Made by a program: the position numbers and the translations under genes. A stretch of DNA of 64,000 nucleotides from an uncultured bacterium. GTDB lineage: Bacteria; Oederibacteriota; JAAXVQ01; JAUVAV01. Shown here piece by piece: positions 37,601 through 48,415 of the stretch. Position 1 is the stretch's first letter. Each line of letters begins with the position of its first letter. The DNA lies in the NCBI GenBank assembly GCA_963710755.1, contig CAVQBK010000003.1:224001-288000 (forward strand), written 5' to 3'. The notes beneath the pieces are model-generated. The model saw only the letters and a list, made by a program, of their open reading frames with translations. It ran no database searches and was not told where the DNA came from.

Positions 37601-37732
37601 GGAAGCCTTGGAATTGGCAGCCTCCGCCCCGGGGACGAACCAGCTCAGGGCAACGATGAGGATGGCAAGATTGACAAGCTTGGTCACAGTTTGGTCCTTC
37701 TTTTTGAAATGCTTTAAGCGCTTCCCGGCCAC
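34694..37732 (-). CDS. BatD-BatE fusion (BatD repeats + TPR + SH3b)
   Basis: AYVNQQVTLTIKL, LTLSGQGNL; TPR VYFNLGNCY...AVLAYERA; SH3-like C-terminus GWV. Start uncertain. Confidence 0.8.
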   Translation of the reverse strand: MAGKRLKHFKKKDQTVTKLVNLAILIVALSWFVPGAEAANSKASQPAVPNVNQAIYDQQLKPMLAREQEEAELSTEPILDAEPASTASPKPWATPTGKPKTGMIKNYSVSPDTVQERSLPGGDALQGNGGWLADNEVELATEPITHDEPESAAGRKPVRLSVSLDHDRVHLDESFTLQVDILAKSNHALGKVILPKLSYFEIINRSQTTGPLSVQGQLWHHRLISVVYLGKQPGLFEIEPIRVKVGNKTYSSQKLKIRVEGTNSGITYRRRFSGVGKTGQALVPAAPKLESADKDGVVFEAYLDKDQAYVNQQVTLTIKLQYVSDEHTTMAYTPPMLSGFITEPLPPLQKEEQISSTKQRLLERHYRTALFPIRPGTFSIAMGKAVISVKNKQQQYLTDVLSVKVLPLPKDVQGLHKQQVLVGCFQGQAAWQQDTAPRTGRPVMLALTLSGQGNLSSAPEPLLAAVSGCRVYLEKIEDTVDPRDKVIFSRRNYHYLVVFEKPGVFALGPARVRAFDPELKTWQTVSMSIPGVTVSGRPKTESQTIITPALDSATLSLQPNKHALTGRTDLSGSWVHHWSFWVVQALGPLLLLGAFGWRRRQDNLLADEQAWRRRQAYTQAKKAMRRLKHAIYDGAIRTFYDGLTKITTDYLAAKFKVPNSYISAERLAGYFKANEIPQALVARFKVALTACEYVRYAAVTLPAKDMHALHKDLKTALRAFEAVWKQKEKDAKQQIKVALVLLLPLLAPHPALAQDQAARFTQANAFMDQGRLQEAEKIYTDLLNQGAAGGPVYFNLGNCYVHQGRLGDAVLAYERAHWLAPRDQAIAFNLKTVHGLTTIRDLNLESSAWVLAIQNLYQYFTADELWIAVVVLYWILIVLLMLWLLWPRSFGILNNPAAGRKVMDAKEGPWAQAGNPLKLCSGLAALALLLTVLWATARSSEPLWWQKAVVLSNQAPLRLRPYPKAEALLDLPEGMSMAVLEQEEAWIKVALDAGHQGWVKRQALGLVKLSQE

Positions 37733-37740
37733 GGCCTTTA

Positions 37741-39519
37741 TTACCAGGGTGGTCCCTGATAGTCAGGAGAAGGCTTGGCCTGATCAGGCCATTGTTTCTG
37801 GATGGAATTTTCCTCTGACTCCAAAGACCGCAAGGTGCGTAAAGCTTCGTCCTGGGACATGCCTTTTTGGCGCCGGCCTTGTTGTTCTTCCGAAGTTTTA
37901 GGCTGATGGCCCTGATCCTGGCGTTGCTGGCTTTGTTGTTGTCTTTCCCGGGGCGGCGCCTGCTCTTGCGGTCGGCCCTGGGCCTTGGCCTGCTCCTGAC
38001 CGGGTTTATCCGCACCGCTGCCGGGCTGCTTGCCCTGATCTTGGCCCTGGCTCTGCCGTTGTTGGGGCGCGGTCGTGTGGGTGCGCTTTTTAATCTCTCT
38101 TAATATGATTTCAATATTATATCGCGCCTCCTCGTCGTTTTGATTGAGAATGAGCAATTCCTTGTAACGCTCCAGGGCTTCCTGCCAATAAGCCGGATCC
38201 CCTTCCTGCAGACCCAGGTAAAAGGCGGTGTACCCCAGGTTATAAAGCACCGCCTGGTGCAATCGGTTGCGGGCATGGGCCCGGGCGCGGGTGAAGGCCT
38301 GGTAGGCTTCCATCAGTTTTTGTTGGGCCAGCAAGCTGCAGCCCAGATTGTAATCCGCCAAAGCCTGCTGCGGCTTGAGGCGGCGCGCTTGCTCAAAAGC
38401 CTGTTGCGCATGAATCAAATCGTTTTGCGCAAACCCTTTCAGCCCCTGCTGCATGAGCTGGCGGTAGCTCTGGGCTTGACCGGCCAAAGGCAGGCCCAGC
38501 AGTACCAGCAGCACGGCCACCCGGCTCAGGTGCTTGGGATTTTTTTGTTGCTGGATCAGCAGGCTGGCGGCCACCAGCAGCGCAGCCATCAGGGCCAGCC
38601 AGGGATAGAGCGGCCGCCAGGCATAATAGCCGCTGGTAAAACGTTTAATTTTTTCAAGATGATTTAATTCCGCCACCAGCTGGTCTTCCTGGGCATTGCT
38701 GTCGCTCAAGCGCCAGTAAATGCCGCCGCCGGCATCCGCCAGCTGGGCCAGCCGTTTTTGATTTAACTTGGTGACCACGGCTTTGCCGTGGCTGTCTTTG
38801 ACCACGCCCTGGTCCAGGCTCAGGCCGATGCCCTGGGGCGTGCCCACGCCCAGCACATAAAGCCGGACGCCCTCGGCCCGGGCTTTTCGGAGCGCACTGT
38901 CCATCTTGGCACCGTAATCCTCGCCGTCGCTGATCAGCACCATGACCTTGTTCTTGGCCCCGTTGCGTTCAAAACTGTCCAGTCCCAGGCGTAGGGCTTG
39001 ATCAATAGCAGTGCCTGCCAGCGGCAGGCTTTTGCTGTTCATGGCATCCACCATCAGCCGGAGGGCACCTTTATCGTCCGTAAAGGGACAGCTCATAAAG
39101 GCTTCCCCGGCCCATTGGATGAGGCCAATGCGATGGCCTTCCCAATGATCGATCAGATAGGTCATGGCGCGTTTGCCCCGTTCCAGCCGCGAAGGCATGA
39201 TATCCTTGGCCTCCATGGAGGCGGAACAATCCATCAGGAATAAGATGTCCAGGCCCATGCTGCCGGCCTGCCGGCCCATGACGGTTTGTTGGGGCTGGGC
39301 CAGACCCAGCACGGTAAGGGTAAACGCCAGCATCAGCAGCATGCGGCCGGCCCATTGCAGCCGGGGATAATGATGAACCGTCAGCTGGCGCAGCAAGGGC
39401 GCTTGCGCCAGGCGGTTGAGCGCCTGGGTGCGCTTTTTTTGATGCCACCACCAACCCAGTAGCCAAAGGGGCAGCAGCCAGAGCAACAGTAATAAGTGCG
39501 GCTGATCAAAACGTATCAT
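37741..39519 (-). CDS. BatB-BatC fusion (VWA + TPR)
   Basis: MIDAS DCSASM, PSRLE, SDGED; TPR YNLG; Gln-rich tail ending in W. Confidence 0.88.
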   Translation of the reverse strand: MIRFDQPHLLLLLWLLPLWLLGWWWHQKKRTQALNRLAQAPLLRQLTVHHYPRLQWAGRMLLMLAFTLTVLGLAQPQQTVMGRQAGSMGLDILFLMDCSASMEAKDIMPSRLERGKRAMTYLIDHWEGHRIGLIQWAGEAFMSCPFTDDKGALRLMVDAMNSKSLPLAGTAIDQALRLGLDSFERNGAKNKVMVLISDGEDYGAKMDSALRKARAEGVRLYVLGVGTPQGIGLSLDQGVVKDSHGKAVVTKLNQKRLAQLADAGGGIYWRLSDSNAQEDQLVAELNHLEKIKRFTSGYYAWRPLYPWLALMAALLVAASLLIQQQKNPKHLSRVAVLLVLLGLPLAGQAQSYRQLMQQGLKGFAQNDLIHAQQAFEQARRLKPQQALADYNLGCSLLAQQKLMEAYQAFTRARAHARNRLHQAVLYNLGYTAFYLGLQEGDPAYWQEALERYKELLILNQNDEEARYNIEIILREIKKRTHTTAPQQRQSQGQDQGKQPGSGADKPGQEQAKAQGRPQEQAPPRERQQQSQQRQDQGHQPKTSEEQQGRRQKGMSQDEALRTLRSLESEENSIQKQWPDQAKPSPDYQGPPW

Positions 39520-39640
39520 GACTGTCCTTGCGCTTTTTAATTGGTCATCCTGAACCAGGATTTTAACTCAAGGTCTTCTCACTTGCCAATGGTTAAACGC
39601 GTCCGTTTGCGTGACCGGGTTAGGATGGGTTGGCGGCCTT

Positions 39641-40981
39641 TTAGCGACTGACCACTAATTTTTTCAGAGGATAGATACTGGTTTTTCCCCGACTGATGGC
39701 GGCCAGGCGTACATAATACAGCCCCGGCGCCAGGTGATGCAAACGGCAGCGGACCAGCTGCTCTCCGGGAGATACGGTAATGCTGGCCACACGCTCCCCG
39801 GCCACATTGTAAAGCGTGACCCGTCCGCCACCGTCCGCATCCTCAGGCCAGCAAAAAGTCACCTGGTCAACAGCAGGGTTGGGATAAAAAGCATGGGCCG
39901 CAGGTGCAGGATCATTGACCGTGGCCGCTGGGCTGGGCGTGGTGCTTGCGGTTGCAGGCATGATGGTCGTGGTGGTGGCACTGGCCGTGGGGCTCGCGGT
40001 CAGGGTGGGTGTCACGGTGGCGATGAATGAGGCTGTTGGCGTGAGGGTGTTGGTCAAGGTGATGGTGCTGCTCGCCGTCAGGCTGGGCGTCACGGTAAAT
40101 GAATTGGTGTTGGTCGGGGTAACGGACCACGTAGGGCTGTGGGTGGCTGTGGCCGTGGGTGTAGACGTATTGGTCAAGGTCGCAGTAGGGCTCGCGGTCA
40201 GGGTGGGCGTTATTGTGCAGGTGCTGGTGGTGGTCTCGGTAAAGGTGGCGGTGGCCGTGATGGTCATGGTAAACGAGGGCGTGGGCGTAATGGTCAGCGT
40301 GGATGTTGGCGTATAGGTAATGGATTGCGTGGGGGTCATGGTGGCGCTGGGACTGGCGGTAAAGGTTGGCGTCATGCTGGGCGTCGCGGTCAGGGTCGGC
40401 GTGGCGGTAAAGGTTGGCGTGTGGGTTGGGGTTATGGTGGGAGTAGAGGTAGAGGTCGGCGTGCCCAGGACATCGGAAATATAAACGCAGAAGGTGGAAA
40501 AAGAAGCTGCCGGCGACACGCCGGCAGGATCAGGAAAAGGGTTCCATGAATAAGACCGCTGCAAACGGGCGGTGGCATAAGAACTGAGGCCTATGGTGGT
40601 GGAAAATTGAAATTGAATACCCAGATAATAATCGCTGCCATTAACAATAGGCACGGCTGATGACAGAGGCATTTGGTTCCATCCATTCACAGCTTCCTGG
40701 GGAGCGGCTGCAGCCAGGAGATTCTCGGCATACCCGGTGGTGCTGTTGCCTTGATACACCGCAGCCTGTATCTGAGTGCCGGGCGTGGTGATGTTCTGCA
40801 CATAAACCATAATGTAGCTGGCCGTAAAATCTTCAGCAGCGCGAAACATATGGCCGCGAATGGAAGCCGCAAAGGAGGCGCTGCTGTCGGGCAAATTATT
40901 ATTGCCCAGCACCGCTGCCTTGGCTTGGGTTGGACAGCCTAATAATAATATGATCATTATTTTTCTCAAGGTTGTGCGCAT
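39641..40981 (-). CDS. Secreted protein with Thr/Pro linker and T9SS-like C-terminal domain
   Basis: Signal peptide; TxTPT repeats; FYPNPA...LYNVAGERV...PGLYYVRL...KKLVV. Confidence 0.8.
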   Translation of the reverse strand: MRTTLRKIMIILLLGCPTQAKAAVLGNNNLPDSSASFAASIRGHMFRAAEDFTASYIMVYVQNITTPGTQIQAAVYQGNSTTGYAENLLAAAAPQEAVNGWNQMPLSSAVPIVNGSDYYLGIQFQFSTTIGLSSYATARLQRSYSWNPFPDPAGVSPAASFSTFCVYISDVLGTPTSTSTPTITPTHTPTFTATPTLTATPSMTPTFTASPSATMTPTQSITYTPTSTLTITPTPSFTMTITATATFTETTTSTCTITPTLTASPTATLTNTSTPTATATHSPTWSVTPTNTNSFTVTPSLTASSTITLTNTLTPTASFIATVTPTLTASPTASATTTTIMPATASTTPSPAATVNDPAPAAHAFYPNPAVDQVTFCWPEDADGGGRVTLYNVAGERVASITVSPGEQLVRCRLHHLAPGLYYVRLAAISRGKTSIYPLKKLVVSR

Positions 40982-41125
40982 CCTGCCCCCTTGGATAAGG
41001 GTCGGCGACTAAGGGTAAGCGTTTACCTTTATTTTCAAGAGCATTGATTACTAATCGGTGTATGCACTTAATAATTTCAAAGCTAAGCCGATCATTTAAT
41101 TACCACTTGCCACAAGGAGGCTTGC

Positions 41126-44100
41126 ATGCGTCACTGGTTACTCAGCCTTATGGTTGTCCTTTTACTCACACCCTTGGTTAACGCCGCCACTTATACAGTC
41201 ACCAATAGCAATGATTCGGGCGCCGGTTCTTTTCGTCAGGCCGTACTGGATGCCAACGGCTCGGTCGGTCCCGACAGCATCGTGTTTAGCTCCAGTTTTA
41301 TGTATATCACCGTAAGCAGTTATATCCGGGTGACTGACACCATTAACCTCAGCGGCAACTACGCGGTTATCAATGGCAACAACAGCAGCAACGGCGTTTA
41401 TTTTGCCGCCGGCAGCGATGGCAGCACCATCACGGCCATGGCCTTTGTACAATCCACAGGCTACGGTCTCAGCCTGGCGTCCAACTGCAACCGCGTCTAT
41501 AACTGCGCCTTGGGCACCAACTTCAGCGGCACGAGCGGGCTGGGCAACAACATCGGCCTGTCCGTCAGCGGCCATTACAATGACATCGGCGGTACGCTCT
41601 CCTCAGGCTACAATATTATCTCCGGCAATAACAGCTATGGGCTCAGTATTTATAGTTCCATTGGCACCAGGGTACACGGCAACTATATTGGCACCAATCA
41701 CACCGCTACCTTGGCCGTGCCCAATAACACGGGTATTCAACTCTACGGCAACAGCATGCAAACCATGATCGGCGGCGACCGCAGTGCCGGTCAGGGCAAT
41801 GTGATCAGCGGCAATACCACTTACGGTGTGTACCTCAGCGATGTAGATTGTTTTGGCAACAGCCTGGCCGGCAATTACATCGGGGTGGATCCCATTCAGG
41901 TCAATCCCTTGCCCAATAGCGTGGGGATCTTGGTTCATCAGTCCTCCTGGAATTATATCGGCTTGCCGGTGGCGAATTATGGCAACGTGGTGGCCGGCAA
42001 CAGCTCCTATGGCATTGAACTTTGGTGCGGCAGTTCCACCAGCAATCCCCATCCCAATGCCAACCGTATTCAAAACAACTATATCGGCATCTGCCCGGAC
42101 ACCGGCGTGGTTTACGGCAACAACAATGGCGTCTATCTGGCTTCTGCTGACGGCAATTTGGTTGGCGGCGACCGGACACTCAACGAAGGCAATGTGATCT
42201 CAGGCAATACCAACCACGGGGTATACATGCTCGACGGCATTGGCAACTCCATCAGCGGCAACCTGATCGGCACCGATATTCTAGGATCCATGGAAGCGCA
42301 CAACACCGGTTCGGGCATCCGCATTCAGATGGGCTCAGGCAACCTGATCGGCGGGTACAATATTGGCACCACCTTACGCCAGGGCAACCTGATCTCCGGC
42401 AATTACCAGCACGGCATCACCTTTAACCGGGATGTACTGGGCGAACAGCAGCGGAACAATAATATTTACGGCAACTGGATCGGCCTGAACCTGGCCGGCA
42501 CCGGCGCTATTGCCAATCAGCAAAACGGCATTAATTTTTACACCAATGCCGGGGACAATAATATCGGTTCCTCCAACACTCTTTATCGCAACGTAATTGC
42601 CGGCAATGGCGGCTATGGATTCCAGGCGCAATACGGCTTCAACAACAAGGTCTACGGCAATTACTTTGGCACGGACATCAATGGGACCACCTTCATTCCC
42701 AACAGCAATGATGCCATTCACTGGACCAACAGCTACAAGAACCGGATTGGCGGCACCAACACCAATGAAGGCAATGTAATCTGCGGCACAGGCACTTACG
42801 GCATTTACCTGGCCGATAGCTTTGAGAACACCATCATCGCCAATTATATTGGTGCGCTGGCCAACAAAACCGTGACCTCACCCAATTTCAATACCGGTAT
42901 TTACCTCACCAATTGGAGCTATACCAACTGGATCGGTTTGGAAAGCGCCAACAAAGGCAACCTGATCGCCGGCGTGACCAACGGCATTAATGTGGCCCAT
43001 GATCAGGCCGACGGCGTCATGCTCAGCACCAACACCATCTGCGCCTTCAGCGGCCAGGGCATTATCCTGGCGGCCGGTGCCAACAACAATGAAGCCGCGC
43101 CCACCATTGATTCCCACAGCAGTGGCTGGCTCTATGGCACATGTACCAGCGGCGACGATGTGGTGGAAGTGTTTGTGTCAGACCGCTCCACCGGCGTGGC
43201 CGGCGGCAGCCTGACCTATGTGGGCCGCACCACGGCCATCATCGGGACATCGTGGGGCCTCAATGTAACCGGCCGGTTTACCACCAGTGGAGAAGCCTTC
43301 ACGGCCATTAGCACCAACGGCATGAACAGTTCCGCCTTTGCTCAAAATTACATGATTCCTTACCCTACGCCGACCATCACGCCGACATCCACCATTACCA
43401 TGACCTCTACGTTCACGCCGACTGCTACCATTACCAAAACGGGCACTCCCACCGCGACCTTGACGGATACGGCAACTGCCACAAGGACAGCCACACCTTT
43501 GGCCAGCGCCACTTTCACGCCCAGCTATACGGCCACGCCCTCGGTAACACCGACCTTTACCCTCACAGCCACCATGACTGATACCATGACTTCCACGGCC
43601 ACCCCCACCCTGACCGCGACACCCACCAAGACCTTTACCCCTACAGCGACGGCCACAGCCACCATCTCAACGACGATAACGCCCGGTAACACACCTACAT
43701 TTACGGAAACACCCACTTGTTCGCCCACGTATACAGCCACGGGCACTGCGACCGCTACAGGCACCTGCACCGACACGCCCACTCAAACCGCGACCCCAAC
43801 CATGTCGGTCACCTCTACACCCACGGGCACCTGCACCGACACGCCTACTCACACCCCGACCCCAACCATGTCGGTCACTTTTACTGCGACAGGCACTAAA
43901 ACCATGACCAGTACAGCCACGCCTTATTATTCAGCAACGACGACGTCAACGATCACCGACACCCCCACTGTAACATCGACCGCCACCATTACCACTACCA
44001 GCACCATCAGCCCCACGCGCACCGCCACACCTCTGGCCACCAACACCCCGGTAGTCACCAATACACCGGTGGTCACCGCCACGGAGACCGATAACAACAC

Positions 44101-44362
44101 CACCCCCGTACAAGTATTGGCTTATCCCAACCCCGCCACGGACCATGTGGCATTCTCTGTGCCCGATTGGAACAGCGGCAGCCTGGAGATCATGATCTAT
44201 AATGCCTCCGGCGAGCTGGTGGCTAAAGTGAACTCTTATAATCCCCATCAGACCCAAGCGCCTACTTGGTCCACCGGCAGCGTCAGTCCCGGCATTTACT
44301 TGGCGAGAGTATATATTGATAAGAAACTGGTCCAAACCAAGAAGGTGGCTATTATCAAATAG
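41126..44362 (+). CDS. Secreted parallel beta-helix protein with Thr/Pro linker and T9SS-like CTD
   Basis: [17 protein letters not shown]; repeated GNxISGN/GNYIG; AYPNPA...IYNASGELV...PGIYL...KKVAIIK. Confidence 0.85.
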   Translation: MRHWLLSLMVVLLLTPLVNAATYTVTNSNDSGAGSFRQAVLDANGSVGPDSIVFSSSFMYITVSSYIRVTDTINLSGNYAVINGNNSSNGVYFAAGSDGSTITAMAFVQSTGYGLSLASNCNRVYNCALGTNFSGTSGLGNNIGLSVSGHYNDIGGTLSSGYNIISGNNSYGLSIYSSIGTRVHGNYIGTNHTATLAVPNNTGIQLYGNSMQTMIGGDRSAGQGNVISGNTTYGVYLSDVDCFGNSLAGNYIGVDPIQVNPLPNSVGILVHQSSWNYIGLPVANYGNVVAGNSSYGIELWCGSSTSNPHPNANRIQNNYIGICPDTGVVYGNNNGVYLASADGNLVGGDRTLNEGNVISGNTNHGVYMLDGIGNSISGNLIGTDILGSMEAHNTGSGIRIQMGSGNLIGGYNIGTTLRQGNLISGNYQHGITFNRDVLGEQQRNNNIYGNWIGLNLAGTGAIANQQNGINFYTNAGDNNIGSSNTLYRNVIAGNGGYGFQAQYGFNNKVYGNYFGTDINGTTFIPNSNDAIHWTNSYKNRIGGTNTNEGNVICGTGTYGIYLADSFENTIIANYIGALANKTVTSPNFNTGIYLTNWSYTNWIGLESANKGNLIAGVTNGINVAHDQADGVMLSTNTICAFSGQGIILAAGANNNEAAPTIDSHSSGWLYGTCTSGDDVVEVFVSDRSTGVAGGSLTYVGRTTAIIGTSWGLNVTGRFTTSGEAFTAISTNGMNSSAFAQNYMIPYPTPTITPTSTITMTSTFTPTATITKTGTPTATLTDTATATRTATPLASATFTPSYTATPSVTPTFTLTATMTDTMTSTATPTLTATPTKTFTPTATATATISTTITPGNTPTFTETPTCSPTYTATGTATATGTCTDTPTQTATPTMSVTSTPTGTCTDTPTHTPTPTMSVTFTATGTKTMTSTATPYYSATTTSTITDTPTVTSTATITTTSTISPTRTATPLATNTPVVTNTPVVTATETDNNTTPVQVLAYPNPATDHVAFSVPDWNSGSLEIMIYNASGELVAKVNSYNPHQTQAPTWSTGSVSPGIYLARVYIDKKLVQTKKVAIIK
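43760..43891 (+). repeat. 2 x 66-bp tandem repeat inside the Thr/Pro linker
   Basis: GTCTDTPT(Q/H)T(A/P)TPTMSVT starts at 43760 and 43826. Confidence 0.85.
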
Positions 44363-44386
44363 CCCGCCATCTTAGGCACTGCTTAT

Positions 44387-44424
44387 AAAAAAAGGCCTGC
44401 ATGCTGATCATGCGGGCCTTTTTT
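44387..44424 (+). terminator. Intrinsic (possibly bidirectional) terminator
   Basis: aaaaaaaggcctgcatg-ctgat-catgcgggcctttttt. Confidence 0.85.
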
Positions 44425-44916
44425 ATTTAATTTATTTTAATCGTATGGTCCCTTCCGGTGTTCATTCTTTATCTGCTTTAAGGCACCACTACCTGCACTC
44501 TTGGCAGCCTCCGAAGGGCAGGGTGATCCAGAACACTTGTAAAATAAGCGCCTGAGGTTTTTCAAACGGTTTTTTACAAGATATTTCAAATAGGCAGGAC
44601 GATTATACTGTCTGCTGCAAATCGGGCGGGATCGATTAACATTATCGTGGGTAATCTATTAGTCTTGGTTGCAAAAAACGTTTTTTAGAAAAGGGCATCT
44701 GGTCCTATTCGTCCTGCCCGCCTTCGCTTAGCCGGCATCCAGGATTTTTTAAGGGTTCAATCTGGACCCCGCTAAAACCATACCGGGGTGTCCGAAATTA
44801 GACATGACCATTAATGCGTACTGCCACCATAACTTATTAAGTAGTATTTTTATCGCCAGAAAATCTTGGGTCTTCCACACTTTTAATCTGATGTTTCCCT
44901 AAACTCCTGGCGCAAC

Positions 44917-47900
44917 TCAACGGATGATGGCCAGTTTTTTAATGTGGCCTTTTTGTCTTAACCCGTTTTTCGTCAAGTTAAGGCGGTAATAGTAAAGACC
45001 GGGCGGTATAGCGTGCGCGTCCCAAGCCACCCGGTTAATGGCGGGATGGTACTCCTGCACTATGGCAATTCTTTCGCCGGCCAGGTTAAAAATCTCTATG
45101 GCCACCCTGTCCACCTTTTGCGGCGGATAAGCAAAATAAATGATTCCCCGGCCCGGATTAGGATAACTGAGCACATCGGCCACACTGATCCAGGCCGGCG
45201 TTGCGGTTACCGTGGCCGTGGGCGTACTTGCCCCAACCAAGGCGGGTACAGCCACAGTTTGGGTGCCTGCGCTCTCACCGCGGTCATTGACAGCTGTAAG
45301 CTTATAATAATAACCTTGTCCGTCCTGGACTTGGGTATCGTCCCACAAGGGTGCTTCTTCCCATTGATAAGATTTTTGTCCTATCAGGTTGCCTGCCTGG
45401 CAGTTCACCTCGGCCTGCGTTGACCGGTAAATATTATATTGGATGAGCTTCTCAGCCTGGTTGTTTTGCTGCCAGGTGAGACGGATAAGGGTCTGCACCC
45501 GTTCTGCGCTCAAGCCTTGTGGTATGGTCGCCAGTGGAATGACAGGCACCCCCATAACTGGGCTGGACAAAGAACCGGCATGATTTTGATTATCATAGGC
45601 GCAGACCTGGTAATAGTAGGCTGTGCCATTAACGGTCAGCGTATCTCCCCATGCCTGCGCCGTGGCCCCCACCCAGGCCAGCGGTGTATTGCCCATGGCC
45701 GTGGCATTCAGGCCTCGCCAGATCTGATAGCCTGCCAGGGGATAGGTGCCGGCCATTGCCGGCTGCCAAGTAAGATCCAGGCGTTCATCCCCGGCGGTGA
45801 TGGTCAATTGCCCCGGTACACCGGGTAAGTGCATGGGTATCACAACCGCTTCCGGCGAGTAACCGCTGCGATTACCGGCGCTGTCCTCGCTTTTAATTTT
45901 ATAATAATAAGCCACGCCGTTGCTCAAAGGTGCGTCTGTATAGGTAGTAACCGGCACATAGGCTCCATTGACAGGGGGGTCTGTTTGGCCGTCTGACAGG
46001 GGCGCGCGATAAACCTGATAGCCTTTGAGGCTCAGGCTGCCGGGTACCCCGGGCAGCCAAGCCAGCCGGGCTGATCCATTGCCCGCCTGCACGCTGACTT
46101 GGGCAGGCGGCAGGGGTGCCACGAACCCGGCCGTAGGCACGCAGGTACATTCCGCGGAAAAGCCACAGGTGTTGCCCGCACTATCAATGGCCGAGACCCG
46201 GTAATAATAAGTCGTGCCGTTGCTTAACCCTGTATCCGTGATCCAAGGTTCGTCCAAAGGCTGCGCATTGACGGGCGTGGTATTACCACTGGCGGCCACG
46301 GTGCTGCGGTAATAATGATAGCCTGTAATGGGATAGGCCGAGCGGGCCGGAACCCAGGCCAAATGAGCCTCCCCCTGGCCTGGATTGGCCACCAGCTGCG
46401 AGGGCGCCTGGTAACCCACCAGTTGAATATCACCCAAACTGGCCGTGCGTCCTACCAGATCACGAGCATTAACGGTCATGGTGTAGAGCCCGACTTGGGC
46501 GAGGGGCTGGGAAGTTAAAAAATAGCCTGTGCCTGGATAAGCGCCCAGACCGGCCCATTGCATGGTAAGGTGCGCCTGGGTGCTCGAGTCGGGCGCCTCA
46601 ATATCACCCCAGCAGGACAATTGACCGAGCAACGTGGCATCATCGCTTGCATCAAGGAAAAGAATATAGGTGGAGCCCAACTCCAGGGCTGCAGTTTCCT
46701 GCGCCCGGTAGGACATGGGCCAGCTTTGGGCCACCCATCCTCCCTTAATCAAGGGGGGATCATGGTCGACGGTGACATTAAAGGCAATAGCAGAGGAAAG
46801 ATTGACAATATCCTGAAAAGCCGTGGCATTACCGGCTCGATCCTGAAACCGGATGGCTACCCGATAATCACCGGCTTGGGCCGTATCCGTAATGGTCACA
46901 TAGCAGGGATAAAAGGTAGGTGCAAAATCAATAAGGCTGATACTGGCATCGGGTTTGGTGATTTTTAGTGTTCCCTGCAGGGTTGCGCCTGAGTCGTCGC
47001 TGACCAGGGCTTGTACGGTCGCTTGTCCGTTGGGCGCCAGATAACTGGGGGTGAGACTGGCGGTTTGGATGACCGGCGCTGTGGTATCAGTCGCAACCTC
47101 GAGTGTTAGCGGGCCTTGCTGGGATTCGTTGCATGATATATCGAGAGCGTGGAAAACCAGGTGATAGGTCCCGGTTTGGCCGGTGTCCTGGAAGCACCCG
47201 GTATAGAGCGACGACAGGCCCTGCCGGGATAAGGGTTGTTCTCTGGTTTCCGCATTGGGCAGCGTCACCTCGACCCAGACATGAGAAGAGACATCGTCAT
47301 TATCCGTGGCGGTGATGGAGCAGGCCACGGCTTGATAGGCCGTGATGGCGGTTGGTTGAATGGCTGCCTGTAATAAAGCCGGCCCGGTATGATCTCCGGG
47401 CAGGCGGTAATCCATTTCCAAAGTGGGATCGCCGAGAAAATTATAGGTGTACATCGTTCCCGGCAGGCATTGATAGTAAAGGGTGCTGGGCCGTACCCGG
47501 CCATTATCATAGTAAGCGGCCTTAAACAGTTTAAAAATACGCACCACCGGATCCTGGGCAGGCTCACCGAAATACATGATCCGATTAGCCCCCACATAGG
47601 CCAAGGCACCGCCATGCTCAATTTCAAAGAAGCTCTTGCCAATATTGTCCACCACATCAAAGGTTCCGGTATAACATGCCGAGGCCACCACAAAAGGCAG
47701 GCGCTGGCCGTTCTGGAGTTGGCGCACGTGCCAGCTCGTCAATCCCACGTTGGCCCAGCCTGCATTATTGCCATGCCCCAGGTATCCTACTACCCCGCAG
47801 CCTGCATTGAGCGCGGCCACGATGGTGTTGCCCTGACTAGCGTCGGCTATGGTCACAGGGGTGAACTTGTTGATCCCGGTTAGTTGATCATCCAGCCAGC

Positions 47901-48411
47901 CGGTATAGACCATGGTCTTGGACCAGGTGCTGACCGCAGGAAAGGTTGCCCAGAGGGTGCTGATTTTTTGGGCTTGCCCGGCGTCAGCCGCGGGCAGACG
48001 CCCGCCAAAAATTGTGGCGCCGGTTTCGCTGTAGCCATCTCCATTAAGCTTAAAATAATAACCGTCGTAAACCACGTTATTGTATCGCCGAACCGGTATA
48101 TGACTGGCATCCCCGGCCAGCAAAGCATAGGAGATGGCCCAGGTGGCATAGGCGTCTTGTAAATAGGCGCGTATTTTTTCCTGTGTATCTGCGCCGGGAT
48201 AAGCGGCGGTTATAGCTTCCAGCGCAACGACCCGGGTTTGCACCCCTTGATTATTTTTGGCTATCACATAAGCATCAAAAGCCGTCTGCCAGGCGCTGGG
48301 TGTGATGATGACATAATCCGCCGGTGCGCCGGTACACAACCCGGCTGGTGCTAACCGGGCTAATCCTAAAAGCGTGATCAGCACTCCTAGGCGAACCAAC
48401 GCGCGACGCAT
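44917..48411 (-). CDS. Peptidase C25 (gingipain-like) with FnIII repeats and T9SS-like CTD
   Basis: DYVIIT, LLAGD..IP, GRLP, GHG and ACYTG (His/Cys dyad), YNFLGDP; several FnIII (YYYRVSA); SYPNP CTD; own signal peptide from ATG 48411. Confidence 0.88.
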   Translation of the reverse strand: MRRALVRLGVLITLLGLARLAPAGLCTGAPADYVIITPSAWQTAFDAYVIAKNNQGVQTRVVALEAITAAYPGADTQEKIRAYLQDAYATWAISYALLAGDASHIPVRRYNNVVYDGYYFKLNGDGYSETGATIFGGRLPAADAGQAQKISTLWATFPAVSTWSKTMVYTGWLDDQLTGINKFTPVTIADASQGNTIVAALNAGCGVVGYLGHGNNAGWANVGLTSWHVRQLQNGQRLPFVVASACYTGTFDVVDNIGKSFFEIEHGGALAYVGANRIMYFGEPAQDPVVRIFKLFKAAYYDNGRVRPSTLYYQCLPGTMYTYNFLGDPTLEMDYRLPGDHTGPALLQAAIQPTAITAYQAVACSITATDNDDVSSHVWVEVTLPNAETREQPLSRQGLSSLYTGCFQDTGQTGTYHLVFHALDISCNESQQGPLTLEVATDTTAPVIQTASLTPSYLAPNGQATVQALVSDDSGATLQGTLKITKPDASISLIDFAPTFYPCYVTITDTAQAGDYRVAIRFQDRAGNATAFQDIVNLSSAIAFNVTVDHDPPLIKGGWVAQSWPMSYRAQETAALELGSTYILFLDASDDATLLGQLSCWGDIEAPDSSTQAHLTMQWAGLGAYPGTGYFLTSQPLAQVGLYTMTVNARDLVGRTASLGDIQLVGYQAPSQLVANPGQGEAHLAWVPARSAYPITGYHYYRSTVAASGNTTPVNAQPLDEPWITDTGLSNGTTYYYRVSAIDSAGNTCGFSAECTCVPTAGFVAPLPPAQVSVQAGNGSARLAWLPGVPGSLSLKGYQVYRAPLSDGQTDPPVNGAYVPVTTYTDAPLSNGVAYYYKIKSEDSAGNRSGYSPEAVVIPMHLPGVPGQLTITAGDERLDLTWQPAMAGTYPLAGYQIWRGLNATAMGNTPLAWVGATAQAWGDTLTVNGTAYYYQVCAYDNQNHAGSLSSPVMGVPVIPLATIPQGLSAERVQTLIRLTWQQNNQAEKLIQYNIYRSTQAEVNCQAGNLIGQKSYQWEEAPLWDDTQVQDGQGYYYKLTAVNDRGESAGTQTVAVPALVGASTPTATVTATPAWISVADVLSYPNPGRGIIYFAYPPQKVDRVAIEIFNLAGERIAIVQEYHPAINRVAWDAHAIPPGLYYYRLNLTKNGLRQKGHIKKLAIIR

Positions 48412-48415
48412 GCGC

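Noticed and set aside
39734-44335. Val/Gly-rich antisense ORFs (e.g. 39915-40316, 43525-43782)
   Set aside because: Mirror translations of Thr/Pro linkers.
44711-44792. Degenerate REP/RS3-like repeat in the intergenic region
   Set aside because: Single, poorly paired copy; insufficient support.
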